Origin: Octopus sinensis
Lineage: Eukaryota
Length of the DNA stretch: 26,869 nt
Direction of reading: 5' to 3'
Assembly: GCF_006345805.1 (NCBI RefSeq)
Contig: NW_021836016.1
Location: 1-26,869 of the forward strand
Shown: positions 1 to 9,904 of the stretch, in pieces
Layout: every line of letters starts with the position of its first letter
How positions within the stretch are numbered: the first letter of the stretch is position 1
Position numbers and translations under genes: made by a program
Notes under the pieces: generated by a model
Told to the model about the DNA's origin: nothing
The model's database searches: none
Seen by the model: the letters and a program-made list of their open reading frames with translations, nothing else

Positions 1-22
1 TACATATAGATAGGTTGAAAGA

Positions 23-443
23 TACTCTTTTACTCTTTTTTACTCTTTTACTTGTTTCAATCATGTGACCATGGCCCTGCTGGAGTACCGCCTTTAATCG
101 AGCAAATCGACTCCAGGACTTATTCTTTGTAAGCCTAGTACTTATTCTATTGGTCTCTTTTGCCGAACCGCTAAGTTACGGGGACGTAAACACACCAGCA
201 TCAGTTGTCAAGCGATGTTGGTGGGACAAACACAGACACACAAACATATACACATGCATACATATATATATACATATATACGACGGGCTTCTTTCAGTTT
301 CCGTCTACAAAATCCACTCACAAGGCTTTGGTCGGCCCGAGGCTATAGTAGAAGACACTTGCCCAAGGGGCCACGCAGTAGGACTGAACCCGGAACCATG
401 TAGTTCGTAATCAAGCTACTTACCACACAGCCACTTCTGCGCC
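23..443 (-). mobile_element. tRNA-derived SINE, family A (octopus-type), near full length
   Basis: The minus strand begins GGCGCAGAAGTGGCTGTGTGGTAAG (A-box-like) and has a B-box-like GGGTTCAGTCC. It carries an internal (TA)/(TG) tract and ends in an (AAAAGAGTA)-type tail. Five homologous copies lie elsewhere in the window. Confidence 0.85.
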
Positions 444-444
444 T

Positions 445-478
445 ATCTACTGATAGATAAATAGATAGATAAATAAAT

Positions 479-525
<47 letters not shown>

Positions 526-560
526 CAGACAGATAGGTAGATAGACAGATAGATAGGTAC
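445..560. repeat. (TAGA)n tetranucleotide microsatellite
   Basis: Read directly from the sequence. Confidence 0.95.
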
Positions 561-879
561 ATACATACATGTGTATATATAGACTATAGGCATGTAGACA
601 TGCATGCCTGTATACGCGCACATACAACCACACTTGCGCATTATCGCTCCTCCTTATAACTTTTCCTTCCCTTTCTCGATGGCGGAGATACTGTCTCTTA
701 GTATGAATATATATATTAAAAGCCCTGATATGAAAACACTCATGCATACTGCATATGTATGCAAATGGATGTTCATGAAGATAATTACGCGCCAACACAT
801 TCGTACGAGTACACATATACATAACCAATCATTCATACAGGAAAAAAGCACCCATAAATCTATACACAAATACACACAT

Positions 880-970
880 ATATACACATGCACACACACG
901 TATATATATATATATATATATATCTGTATGTGTGTATGTATGCGTATATATACATATACATATAATACAT

Positions 971-1005
<35 letters not shown>

Positions 1006-1145
1006 TATATATACTATATATATATACGTGCGTGGGTGTGTGCATACGTATAGTTGTCTATACGATCATATACAATGTACAAATATACATCTATATAATT
1101 TATGCGCCCATATATATATAGCAAAACTATGAGATCTGCATGATA

Positions 1146-1189
<44 letters not shown>

Positions 1190-1268
1190 GGTACATCATA
1201 CATGCATACAAATATATGCACACACACGCACACACACACATAAAACACACACACACACAAACACACAC

Positions 1269-1306
<38 letters not shown>

Positions 1307-1325
1307 TATATAAGTACATATATAG
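880..1325. repeat. Compound (TA)n/(CA)n/(TACA)n microsatellite
   Basis: Read directly. It accounts for the IYIY/HTHT/VCVC pseudo-ORFs here. Confidence 0.95.
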
Positions 1326-1913
1326 ATAAAAATGCATATTATAAACTATTCAAATATACGTATATAGATTTCTTAATATGTTCGAGAGATAAGATATGGC
1401 TTCCATATACATGAATATACATACGAATTTATGTATCCAAAAGTTGAGAGATACATCGATACTCCCATCTGTGTGTATGCATGTGCATGTGTGTTCATTT
1501 GTATGTGTGAGCTAACACACACATACGTACACATGCAATTCATCTTTCTCCCTCCTTCCTTGAATGGATCTATATTACGCATCCGCTGTGGTGTAGGAGT
1601 TGGAGTAAAGATAAAATGTGAGACAGAGAAAAGAAGAATAATGTATGCTTTACATATTTCAGTGAGAGCAAGTTAGACAGTGATAAAGAGATTTGATGAG
1701 AGTGGAAGGCGGGAGAGGTAAAAGTCAAATAAGACTCGGATTATACTTCACGCAAACGTGCACACATACACTGATAGATAAAATATACAAGTCAATATGT
1801 TTGTTAACAGAATCCTGTCACCCCTGTGTGTGTGTGTGTGTGTATACGTCTCTCAGTCTCTTTGTCTTGAATCCTCTATCTATTCCATGTGTGGTGGGTG
1901 TGTGTGTAGGTAG

Positions 1914-1983
1914 TATGTATATATATATATATATGTGGTGTGTGTGTATGTATGTATGTATATATATTATATATATTATATAT

Positions 1984-2058
<75 letters not shown>
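1914..2058. repeat. (TA)n/(TG)n microsatellite
   Basis: Read directly from the sequence. Confidence 0.95.
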
Positions 2059-2061
<3 letters not shown>

Positions 2062-2131
2062 GTTGTTATATTCGGGACGGTCATTTTTCCCAAATAAACA
2101 CACGCTCTATATATTAGTTCTTCTCTCATTG

Positions 2132-2175
2132 TATGGAACCCTTTCGTCGCACATCTGTGACCTCTTCAGCGACCC
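2132..2175 (-). ncRNA. Degenerate type I hammerhead ribozyme-like motif (canonical CUGAAGA core)
   Basis: Minus strand reads CTGAAGA-G-GTCAC-AGATGT-GCGAC-GAAA-GGGTTCCATA. The core boxes are intact and helix II has 4 of 5 pairs. Helices I and III are poorly formed. Confidence 0.5.
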
Positions 2176-2199
2176 TTTTCACCCACGTGTATCATTCTG

Positions 2200-2812
2200 C
2201 TCTGCTTGATAATTGTGTAAAGAAAGAGAAACTTAAAGAGGAAAAGAACACAAAAAAAGAAACAGCATGGAAGGAGAAAAAGTGTACGTCCAGTTTGCAA
2301 GAGATACGAACGCCAAGACAGAAACAAAAGACCGGTGGTTATGGATGAAGAGGAATGACCTGAAGATAAATGTAGAAGCACTTATATGTGCAGCACAAGA
2401 ACAAGCATTAATGCCTAACTATGTACAGTGCAGAATCGACAACACTAGCGACAGCGACAAATGCAAAATGCGTGATGAAAGGTGTGAAACGATATGACAC
2501 ATTGTTATCGAATGCCCGAAATTGGCACAACTCGATTACAAAAGACAGCATGACAATATGGCAAGAATAATACATTGGGAGGTCTGTGGAAATCACGGCC
2601 TACAAAGAGCAAAGATGTGCTATGAGCAAAGCCCAGAAAGAGTCACCGAGAACGAAAATTGCAAAATCCTGTGGCATGCAATGATTTAGTGTGATCACCT
2701 GACCAGATATAGGAAAGTGGACGTTGTTGAGGTTAATAAAAAAGTAAGAAACCGCATGATAATTGACGTAGCATGTCCCAGTGACAGCAGGACCAAAGAG
2801 AAAGAAGAGTTA
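2200..2812 (+). mobile_element. R4/Dong-clade non-LTR retrotransposon fragment (post-RT region, CCHC finger, restriction-like endonuclease), decayed
   Basis: Translates across stops and frameshifts as WKEKK..QF..WLWMKRNDLK..EALICAAQEQAL..CKM(R)..ETI*HIVIECPKLAQLDYKRQHDNMARIIHW..ENENCKILW..DVVEVNKK..IIDVACP.D..KEKE. This is the C-terminal layout of R4/Dong elements. Confidence 0.85.
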
Positions 2813-2911
2813 TTGAAGCATAACTAGTAAATAATTGTCACCTTAGTTTGTTGACTGTGGATAGCTGACACTTTCTATCATACCCAACAAAATAAGCTGA
2901 GAGTTTTCATC

Positions 2912-3092
2912 AAATAATAATAATGATAATAATAATCTTTTCTACTAAAGGTACAAGGCCTGAGATTTGGTGAGGGAAGGGGACTAGTCGATTCCACCAA
3001 CTCCAGTGTTTGACAGGTACTTAATTTATCGACCCCGAAAGGGTGAAAGGCAAAGTCGACCTCAGCGGAATTTGAACTCAGAATTTAGCGAC
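2912..3092 (-). mobile_element. tRNA-derived SINE, family B, 5'-truncated, (ATT)n tail
   Basis: Minus strand has the B-box-like GAGTTCAAATTCC followed by GAGGTCGACTTTGCCTTTC...AAGTACC...GGCCTTGTACC..AGAAAAGATTATTATT. Homologous to 9700-9894 and 16451-16738. Confidence 0.85.
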
Positions 3093-3161
3093 ACAACAAC
3101 GCGAGGACATGGAACAAATATAGTGTTATCGGACTCTCAGGAAAGGAAAGAAAGGAGGACA

Positions 3162-3196
3162 ATTTAACCTTTCGAGCGGAGCTCTTCGTCAGAAAC
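3162..3196 (-). ncRNA. Minimal type I hammerhead ribozyme-like motif
   Basis: Minus strand reads GTTT-CTGACGA-A-GAGC-TCC-GCTC-GAAA-GG-T-T-AAAT. Helix I has 4 bp (one G-U) and helix II has 4 perfect bp. Helix III is A-GG-U, one change away from palindromic ACGU. Confidence 0.6.
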
Positions 3197-3276
3197 ATAG
3201 AAAAAGGAAAGGTCCAAGGAAGGAGAGACGAAGAAAGAAAATCGCCAACGATACACACACGGTCACATATTGAACA

Positions 3277-3306
3277 TATATATATATATATATTATATAT
3301 AATATA

Positions 3307-3343
<37 letters not shown>
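3277..3343. repeat. (TA)n microsatellite
   Basis: Read directly from the sequence. Confidence 0.95.
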
Positions 3344-3347
<4 letters not shown>

Positions 3348-3383
3348 TACATAATTTTGACTTCTTAAGAAATTATAAACTTT

Positions 3384-3508
3384 CCTGCAGACCAACTTGT
3401 TTGACTACCCTGAGGATGTTCCCATAATTCGACGAAAAAACTTCTTTTTTTCAGCAGCATGGAGCTCTAACACACTTTACTAATTGCGTGCATAACTACT
3501 TAAACCAG
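3384..3508 (+). repeat. Inverted orphan copy of an internal segment of the neighbouring transposase gene
   Basis: Matches the reverse complement of 4038-4161 (cctgcagacc...gactaccctgaggatgttcccataattcgacgaaaaa...taattgcgtgcataactacttaaaccaga) with a few substitutions and indels. Confidence 0.9.
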
Positions 3509-3690
3509 ATTTCGAAGCATACGATGCTATAGATAATAGCATGTAAATATTGGGTTCAAACCCATTTTAGGATCGAAAAAGACGATGGCTGCTCGTGGAA
3601 ATCGAACCTATATCTTCTGTAGACAAAGGCAGCCTTCGACTTTTTCATCACAATATTTACATAACATAAAAATATATATGTATATATATA

Positions 3691-4950
3691 CAGGGTGTCC
3701 CAGAAGTCGCGCACCATCCTGTTTTTTTTTTAATTTACCTCTTTGATTTTAAAAACACTTGAAACTAATCATAACAAAAGCTCAAAATGAGTACCCTCTG
3801 CAATAAAACATGCTTCAATTCTCTTTATGAAACTGTCTTTCACACTCCCGAGGGTAGAAAGGGTGATCTTTTGGTACTCAGTTGTTATTGCATCCTTCAA
3901 ATCATCAAGAGTGCGTGGACGATTCTGGTACACAACAGATTTTAGATATCCCCCAAAGGAAATAGTCAAGGGGAGAAAGATCTGGGGATTGGGGTGGTCA
4001 CTCCCTGAAACCTCTCCGTCGTTTCTATTAGGAAAGGTCTGGTTTAAGTAGTTATGCACGCAATTAGCAAAGTGTGTTGGAGCTCCATCCTGTTGAAAAA
4101 TGAAGTTTTTCGTCGAATTATGGGAACATCCTCAGGGTAGTCAAACAAGAAGGTCTGCAGGAGCTCTAAATAAGATTCATTGGTGACATTATTCTTAAAA
4201 AGTAAGGGCCAATGATTTCCTTCTCCCAGATTCAATCCCAGACCATGATCCACGGGTTGTTCTGATGGTGTCCCTCCTCATTCCAATGTGGATTGTTACC
4301 TGACCAATAGCACATATTGTGTCGGTTTACTTGGCCATTCAAATGGAAAATGGTTTCATAATTGAAGAATATTGAAGAATCTGTATGTGCGCGAACCCAT
4401 TCACAGAATTCCAATCGTCTATCTTAGTCATTACCATGAGGAGCTTGCACAAGATGCACTTTGTACGGATGAAATTTGTGAGTCTTGAGAATACAATACA
4501 CTGATGATTTGCTAATGTTTAGCTCCTGGCTTACTCTTCTGACTGGTTTCACAGGACTATTAACAACTTTCGCCAAAACAACAGTGGATGTTTCTTCATC
4601 ATTCACACTCTTTGGTCACCCATATCTCTAACAGTAGGCCACTGAGCCAGTTTCTTGGAAACGTTTGGTCATACAGCAGACAGTAGTGTGGCTCAGTGGT
4701 TCTCACTCAGAGTGCTTGCTGTTGAATTGTTCAGTTACTGAGCGGTGTGTTGCCCCATCTCTTCCAACATGAAAACAATTTGAACTTCTTGTAATCTTAT
4801 TTTATAAGCCATAATTCAATATGAAATATAGAAAAGATAGAAAATAAACTGAATGAAATAAAATAAATTAGAAAAAATATTGAATCAAATAGATTGCGTC
4901 AATTATTTTAAATGAAAACCAGAATGGTGCGCGACCTCTGGGACACCCTG
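3691..4950 (-). mobile_element. Full-length (1260 bp) non-functional Tc1/mariner-superfamily DNA transposon, DD41D (rosa/VS-like)
   Basis: TIRs of about 31 bp: CAGGGTGTCCCAGAAGTCGCGCACCATCCTG (3691-3721) and its reverse complement at 4920-4950 with 2 mismatches. TA flanks both ends (3689-3690, 4951-4952). A transposase pseudogene lies inside. Confidence 0.95.
3769..4812 (-). pseudogene. DD41D-type transposase pseudogene (about 345 codons, many stops and frameshifts)
   Basis: Reconstructed from ATG 4812: N-terminal HTH region (..SHTTV..RFQETGSV..), SPVKPVRRVSQELNISKSSV, KFHPYKVHLVQ, RLEFCEW, NYETIFHLNGQVNRHN (first catalytic D mutated to Y), QQDGAPTH, *PPQSPDLSPLDYFLWG in a shifted frame, YLKSVVY..HFELLL*. 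Restoring a 4-nt deletion gives 41 residues between the second and third D. Confidence 0.9.
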
Positions 4951-4976
4951 TATATATATGTGTGTGTGTATGTATG

Positions 4977-5038
<62 letters not shown>

Positions 5039-5045
5039 GATAAAG
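4951..5045. repeat. (TA)/(TG)/(GA)n compound microsatellite
   Basis: Read directly from the sequence. Confidence 0.9.
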
Positions 5046-5159
5046 AGAAAAGATAATAAACAGATTTGTTTTACAGGATTTAAGACTATATTAAAGCCTT
5101 GATAATAATGATATTACACAATTTTGAACAAAATAAGGTTTTGTTCTTTCAACATAATT

Positions 5160-6195
5160 GAAGTAAAGACCGGTTTCGCATTACTCATCAAACTGAGAGT
5201 TGAAAGAGATAAATCGCTAGTGGGGAAAATATTGCTAGGGAAGATAATTGTTCACTCATTTATTTTGCAGTAAAGGGGAGGTAAATCTGTAATTTTTATT
5301 TTTTCTTTATTTTTTTGTGTTTTCTGGTTTATTCTGGCTTACATCTTCCATTAGATTGGGTAAGTCTTTTATTTTTAATATGGGTTCATATTTAATCTCA
5401 GTTTATATTTTTGGATAAAAATAAAAAAGTTTTACTTGAGTTGAAGTCCAGAAGGCATGTTGATAGAATGGCAAAATTTCGGGTTGTGGTTGTAATCGTC
5501 CTGCACATTCGTCAATGTGTTGACTAGGTATATTTGGCGATATTGTGGGGAGGAAATTTGTTGTCCGTAATCTCTTTCGGATCGAATTCCTGTTGAGCCA
5601 ATATAATTTCGATGGCAGCCCGAGTATCTGAGTAAATGAGGTTTTGGGAGGCGCAAGTGAAGTTAGATTTCATTTTGAATATTTGTCTTTGTCTGAAATG
5701 AAATTCCGATCCTTCCAACAGATTGGGACATGTTCCGCAATTATGGCGACCACACTTTAGGACTCTTGCGTTCGCTGGTCTAGAAAATAGTTTGGCATTA
5801 GTGAAAATTTTCTCCAGTGTCTTAGGCTATTTGCTGCTCTTAATGATTTTATGGCTACGTAGAATCTCCTTAAGTTTGGGCTCCCTATGGAGTATTGGAA
5901 GATTTTGGACGATGATATTGAATGCTTCTTTGTTTCTGGGATTGTATGTAGCGATATAAGGTAGTGCTTTGAGGGTAGATGTGCTCTTGTGTTTGGCTTT
6001 TGATAATCTTTAATTATTAATCAATTTCGCACGTTTAATTCCCTCATTTATGAGTTGGCTTGGGTAGTGCCTTCTGGAGTACATTTTTAAGCTCTTGCAA
6101 TCTTAGTACTCTGGTATTTTTTTCGGATACTATGGTACAAATCCTACTTGCAAGGTTGAAGTGGGTATTTGTTTTGATATGTCTCAGGTGAAATG
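5160..6195 (-). mobile_element. Penelope-like retroelement 3' fragment (RT thumb, Cys linker, GIY-YIG endonuclease, putative 3' pseudo-LTR), decayed
   Basis: Minus strand translates across frameshifts as ..FNLASRICTIVSE..RLQELK..HYPSQLINEGIKRA..LPYIATYNPRN..KCGRHNCGTCP..SNFTCASQNLIY..SGCHRNYIGSTG. This gives the LIY...YIG motifs and a C-x4-C-x2-C linker. A hammerhead-like core lies about 240 nt past the ORF end on the same strand. Confidence 0.88.
5168..5191 (-). ncRNA. Degenerate minimal hammerhead core downstream of the Penelope-like ORF
   Basis: Minus strand reads TTGATGA-GTAATGC-GAAA-CCGG-TC: C3 mutated to U, palindromic helix III ACCGGU and a GUC cleavage triplet. Helix I is not evident. 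Confidence 0.5.
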
Positions 6196-6985
6196 AGCTA
6201 AATAATAGATATTGCACAAAGGAGACAATTTTTTTCTTTTTATCTTTTGACAGTTTTTTTTTTTTCAGTTCAAATGATGAACATGCGCAGAAATATAAGT
6301 GCTGAAAGCATTTTATTCGGATTTGGATTTTTTTTTTTTAATCTTACAAAAAAATGCAAGTATTTGAATTTTTCAGAGAGTGGAACACTGAAATAATACT
6401 TTCGATACTGAATGCACTATAATTTCTTTAATTGCACACGCACAATTCAACCATACATCCACAGATATTGTATACTTTCATTGGAACCATAAACGTTTTG
6501 GGTCCTGCTTATTTACTTATCTTTTTTAGCTGTTTCATTAGAAATATACAATATATCTTTATTTTCTGACAACTTCAATAGATATTATTAGAAATATAAT
6601 TCAGCAATATCCTACATAATAATGCGGTGTCAAATGTTCTCTTATATGTAAAATCTGCTCGTTTTTAAAATGTCTCGTCACATAAATTCGCCTAAATTGC
6701 TGCAGGCCAAGAACACTTAGCAGTCATGTGAGGAAGACGCTATCTATATATCTTAGAAAGATTTTGTTTGACCAATGTAATTCGATGTCGATATATGTGG
6801 GTGGCGTATAAAAATAGTATTTTATAAATGAACTTTTAAATTAAAAAGTCTAATGACGATTTAAAGTTTCGAAATACGAGGCGCTAATAATGTAAATAAT
6901 GTAAATATAGGAATGCAAAAATATTATTTAAATAATGAAACAAGAGTCATTAAAATCGATAACAATATTTCCAATAGTGAAGCAG

Positions 6986-6995
6986 ATATAGATAG

Positions 6996-7031
<36 letters not shown>

Positions 7032-7058
7032 AGAGAGAGAGGGAAAGAGAAAGAGAGA
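6986..7058. repeat. (GATA)n/(GA)n microsatellite
   Basis: Read directly from the sequence. Confidence 0.9.
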
Positions 7059-7148
7059 CTTTGAAAAGTCAAAATTGTCCAGAAATTAGTAATTTGTTTC
7101 GTTATATATTTCATAAAAATTAATTGTCACTTCAACATTTAAATTCAA

Positions 7149-7200
7149 TTTAGCAAAATATATTCGTCGCTTTGAGACCGTGACCTGTTCACTGACAAAA
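7149..7200 (-). ncRNA. Hammerhead-like motif with variant GUGAACA core (G3/C8)
   Basis: Minus strand reads TTTTGTCA-GTGAACA-G-GTCAC-GGTCTCAAA-GCGAC-GAAT-ATAT-T-T-TGCTAAA. Helix I has 6 of 7 pairs. Helix II arms are identical to the 2132-2175 motif. A15.1 is U in this copy. Confidence 0.5.
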
Positions 7201-7591
7201 TTCCGTGCTGCATCTATATATATTGTCACTATATTAAAACTAAGCATATTTAGATGTGAAGATTGGTGTGTATTATTTATTCATACCATAACAGGTAAAA
7301 TGTATATGCACATTGAAGATTAATGAATGATTTTAGAAAAACTCATAAAATCCTGATTCACTGTGTGTTTGATGTCAAGTGATACAAAGCAAACTTTATC
7401 CTCAAAAACAGTTGTAAGTTCATCTGTGTTACCTTTTAGCAGGTGTTGCGCTTTAGTACAAGTCAACTATTGAAATTAACTTGATAATATTCAATTACCA
7501 AGTGGGAGCGCTAAGCAGTAATAAGTATAAAGGCAATGTTATTACCTGTTAGAATATGTTAAAAACACCTTCAGAGTTGTAAAAAAAACCT

Positions 7592-7818
7592 TTCACTGTG
7601 TTTTATCGTGGAGAATATTTCTCGCTGTAGACAGATGGCGTAAACACACCCAAATTAGCTCGCCGCGCCACCGTCCTGTTTCTGTGACCAAAGAGGAGAT
7701 AACCACTCTGAAATGCTTGCATCTCACGGTCTGGATAGGTAGCGCTGCAAGCTGATGGGAGTATATTTACACCATTTGTCTACGGCGAGAAATTTTCTTC
7801 ATAACGAAACACAGTGAA
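7592..7818. mobile_element. Unclassified MITE-like element (227 bp, about 53-bp imperfect inverted arms)
   Basis: 7592-7644 (ttcactgtgttttatcgtggagaatatttctcgctgtagacagatggcgtaaa) pairs with 7766-7818 at roughly 80% identity. No clear TSD. Confidence 0.7.
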
Positions 7819-8434
7819 TGGCTTGGTAAGTCCGAACGTGCTTTTAGCATATTCGAACTGGTAATAACATTGCATTTAACAATATTCAGTTTAATTTCAT
7901 TTGTAAAAGGTTTATTTTCTTGTTTATAATTTCTTTGGTTTGTTGGTTGATTAATTTCTTTACCCCATATCCTACTCCCATCGCAATCTCTTGACGAAAC
8001 AGATAAGTCCACACATGTATGATGCAGAAAATTGTCTTGAATGTAATCCTCTGAGCTGTATCAGTTGGTGGAAATGTAAGTGAAACATTTCTGTTTACAG
8101 CCGCAGTTCATGATGCTCACCACTTTTCCTATACAAAACCTTAGATTGATCAACCCCAAAATTTAATTCCATGAACCAATATCCTAAAGATCAAAGTGAT
8201 GTAGAATTAAAACAACGTGTCCATTTCTGTGTTTCAACAAATATGAAGAGAACAAGAGTGTCTATTATAGTTTCAAGCAGGATCGTAAGCTAGAGATTAA
8301 AGAATCGAAAAACAAATGAGAAAAAAGACAAAATGTGTGATCTAATAAAGTAACAAGAAAGGGAGGAGACAGGGGTAAATATCATGAGGAAGGGCATATA
8401 AGGGGTATAATTTGCTCTTCTTTTTTCAAAACAC

Positions 8435-8812
8435 ACGCACATACACTCACACACATATATACATATATATGTGAACAGATACACATACACTTATATACGT
8501 ACATACTATGCATATACATGCATATATATACATATACATCATACACATACATACATGCATACATACATACACACACACGTATATATATATATATATATAC
8601 ATACATACATACATACTTATACGTAGAGATACGCATACACTTACATACGTACATACTATGCATATATATGTATTAATATATATAAATATATATATATACA
8701 TATACATCATACACATACATACATACAAACATATATGCATGTGTGTGTGTGCGTGTGTGTACGTGTATGTATGCATGTATGTATGCATGTATGTATGCAT
8801 GTATGTATGTAT
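8435..8812. repeat. Compound (TA)/(TACA)/(TATG)/(TG) microsatellite with an internal local duplication
   Basis: Read directly. The block acgtacatactatgcatata...catatacatcatacacatacatac occurs twice (about 8498 and 8648). Confidence 0.9.
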
Positions 8813-9399
8813 AATGGCTCCAAATATTTCTACCGTCAAAACTTTACTCGATCTACTTTAGATCAAATGATCAATTAGATCGATGCTGCTAGGGGGGGAG
8901 TTAATTATTTGGTCTCTATCCGATATTTATTATGTTTTTAACACTGCACATTCATAAGGTGTTATTTGAGAATAAATATTGCAGTAACTGGCTTATCGAC
9001 TGAGTATATATATTACGAATGATACATAGATATCTATACATTTAGTTTTTTATTTAGTTGCTATAAATAACTCGATACAGATGTCTTTTGCATACAAATT
9101 TAAACATAGATTCGTGGTTCTCAGAGGGACTTTTCTATGTACGTTGGTATTCATGTATGTATGCATGTAACTTATGTGAGTATACCTCTGCGCTAGTACA
9201 CTTCTACACAGATATACACTCTAAAAAATTTACACACACCAGTCTCCATGTGCGCATATCTAAATGCTGATACACTTTTATACTTGCGCATGCACAACAA
9301 CCCTCCTACTTTCTTATTTCCTCCTATGGCTCCTAACCCCTGACCTTTTTTTCTCATCAGCTTTTCTATTTTCTCATGCCCTCTAAACTTTTCTCTAAT

Positions 9400-9720
9400 T
9401 CACCTCTGGAAACATGGGTGTTTCGATCAACTTCTTTAAAGAGCCCTTATTCAGGGACATTTTGGGCGGAATGGGTTGCTCGACATGAAGAAAATTATAA
9501 CTGGGCTCCGCCTGCAAGGTCATTCGCTGTTTATCTTGATATGAGATCAGCATGTCACGCACATATGGTTATGCTGCATGTGCCTGGTGTACTCTTATCA
9601 GACGGGTAAGCATGATGGGTATACTGGATTTCGTATATTTTACCCCAGTGTCACTTTGATGGCATGCACTGCTCTCTCAGTCAATAATAATAATAATAAT
9701 AATAATGATAATAATAATAA
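9400..9720 (+). mobile_element. Unclassified retroposon 3' portion (SINE or LINE 3' UTR) with (AAT)n tail, family C
   Basis: 9562-9720 is homologous to 23641-23790 (gatgcatgtgcc...cagtgtcactttgatg..cactgctctctca). Both end in a simple-repeat tail. The 5' boundary is uncertain. Confidence 0.6.
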
Positions 9721-9894
9721 TCCTTTCTTCTATCGGCACAAGGCCTGAAATTTCAGAAGAGGGGACTAGTCGATTACATCGACTCTAGTGCTCGACTGGT
9801 ACTTATTTCATCAAACCTGAAAAGATGAAAGGTAAAGTCGACCTCGACAGAATTTGAACTCACAGTGTAAAGAAGGACGAAATGCCGCTAAGCA
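9700..9894 (-). mobile_element. tRNA-derived SINE, family B, 5'-truncated
   Basis: Minus strand: ATGCTTAGCGGCATTTCGTCC...GAGTTCAAATT...GAGGTCGACTTTACCTTTC...GGCCTTGTGCC..(ATT)n. Confidence 0.85.
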
Positions 9895-9904
9895 TGATAC
9901 TCGG

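Noticed and set aside
3541-3662. 12-bp perfect inverted repeat (atgtaaatattg/caatatttacat) around a tRNA-like GGCTGC...GGTTCGATT...GCAGCCA on the minus strand
   Set aside because: The IR is AT-rich and short. The tRNA-like piece is about 25 nt too short and its T-stem does not pair, so no tRNA or MITE call is supportable.
9342-9360. CTGATGA-GAAAAAAA-GGTC on the minus strand, resembling a hammerhead with helix II deleted
   Set aside because: There is no helix II, no helix I pairing and only half of helix III, which is too little to call.
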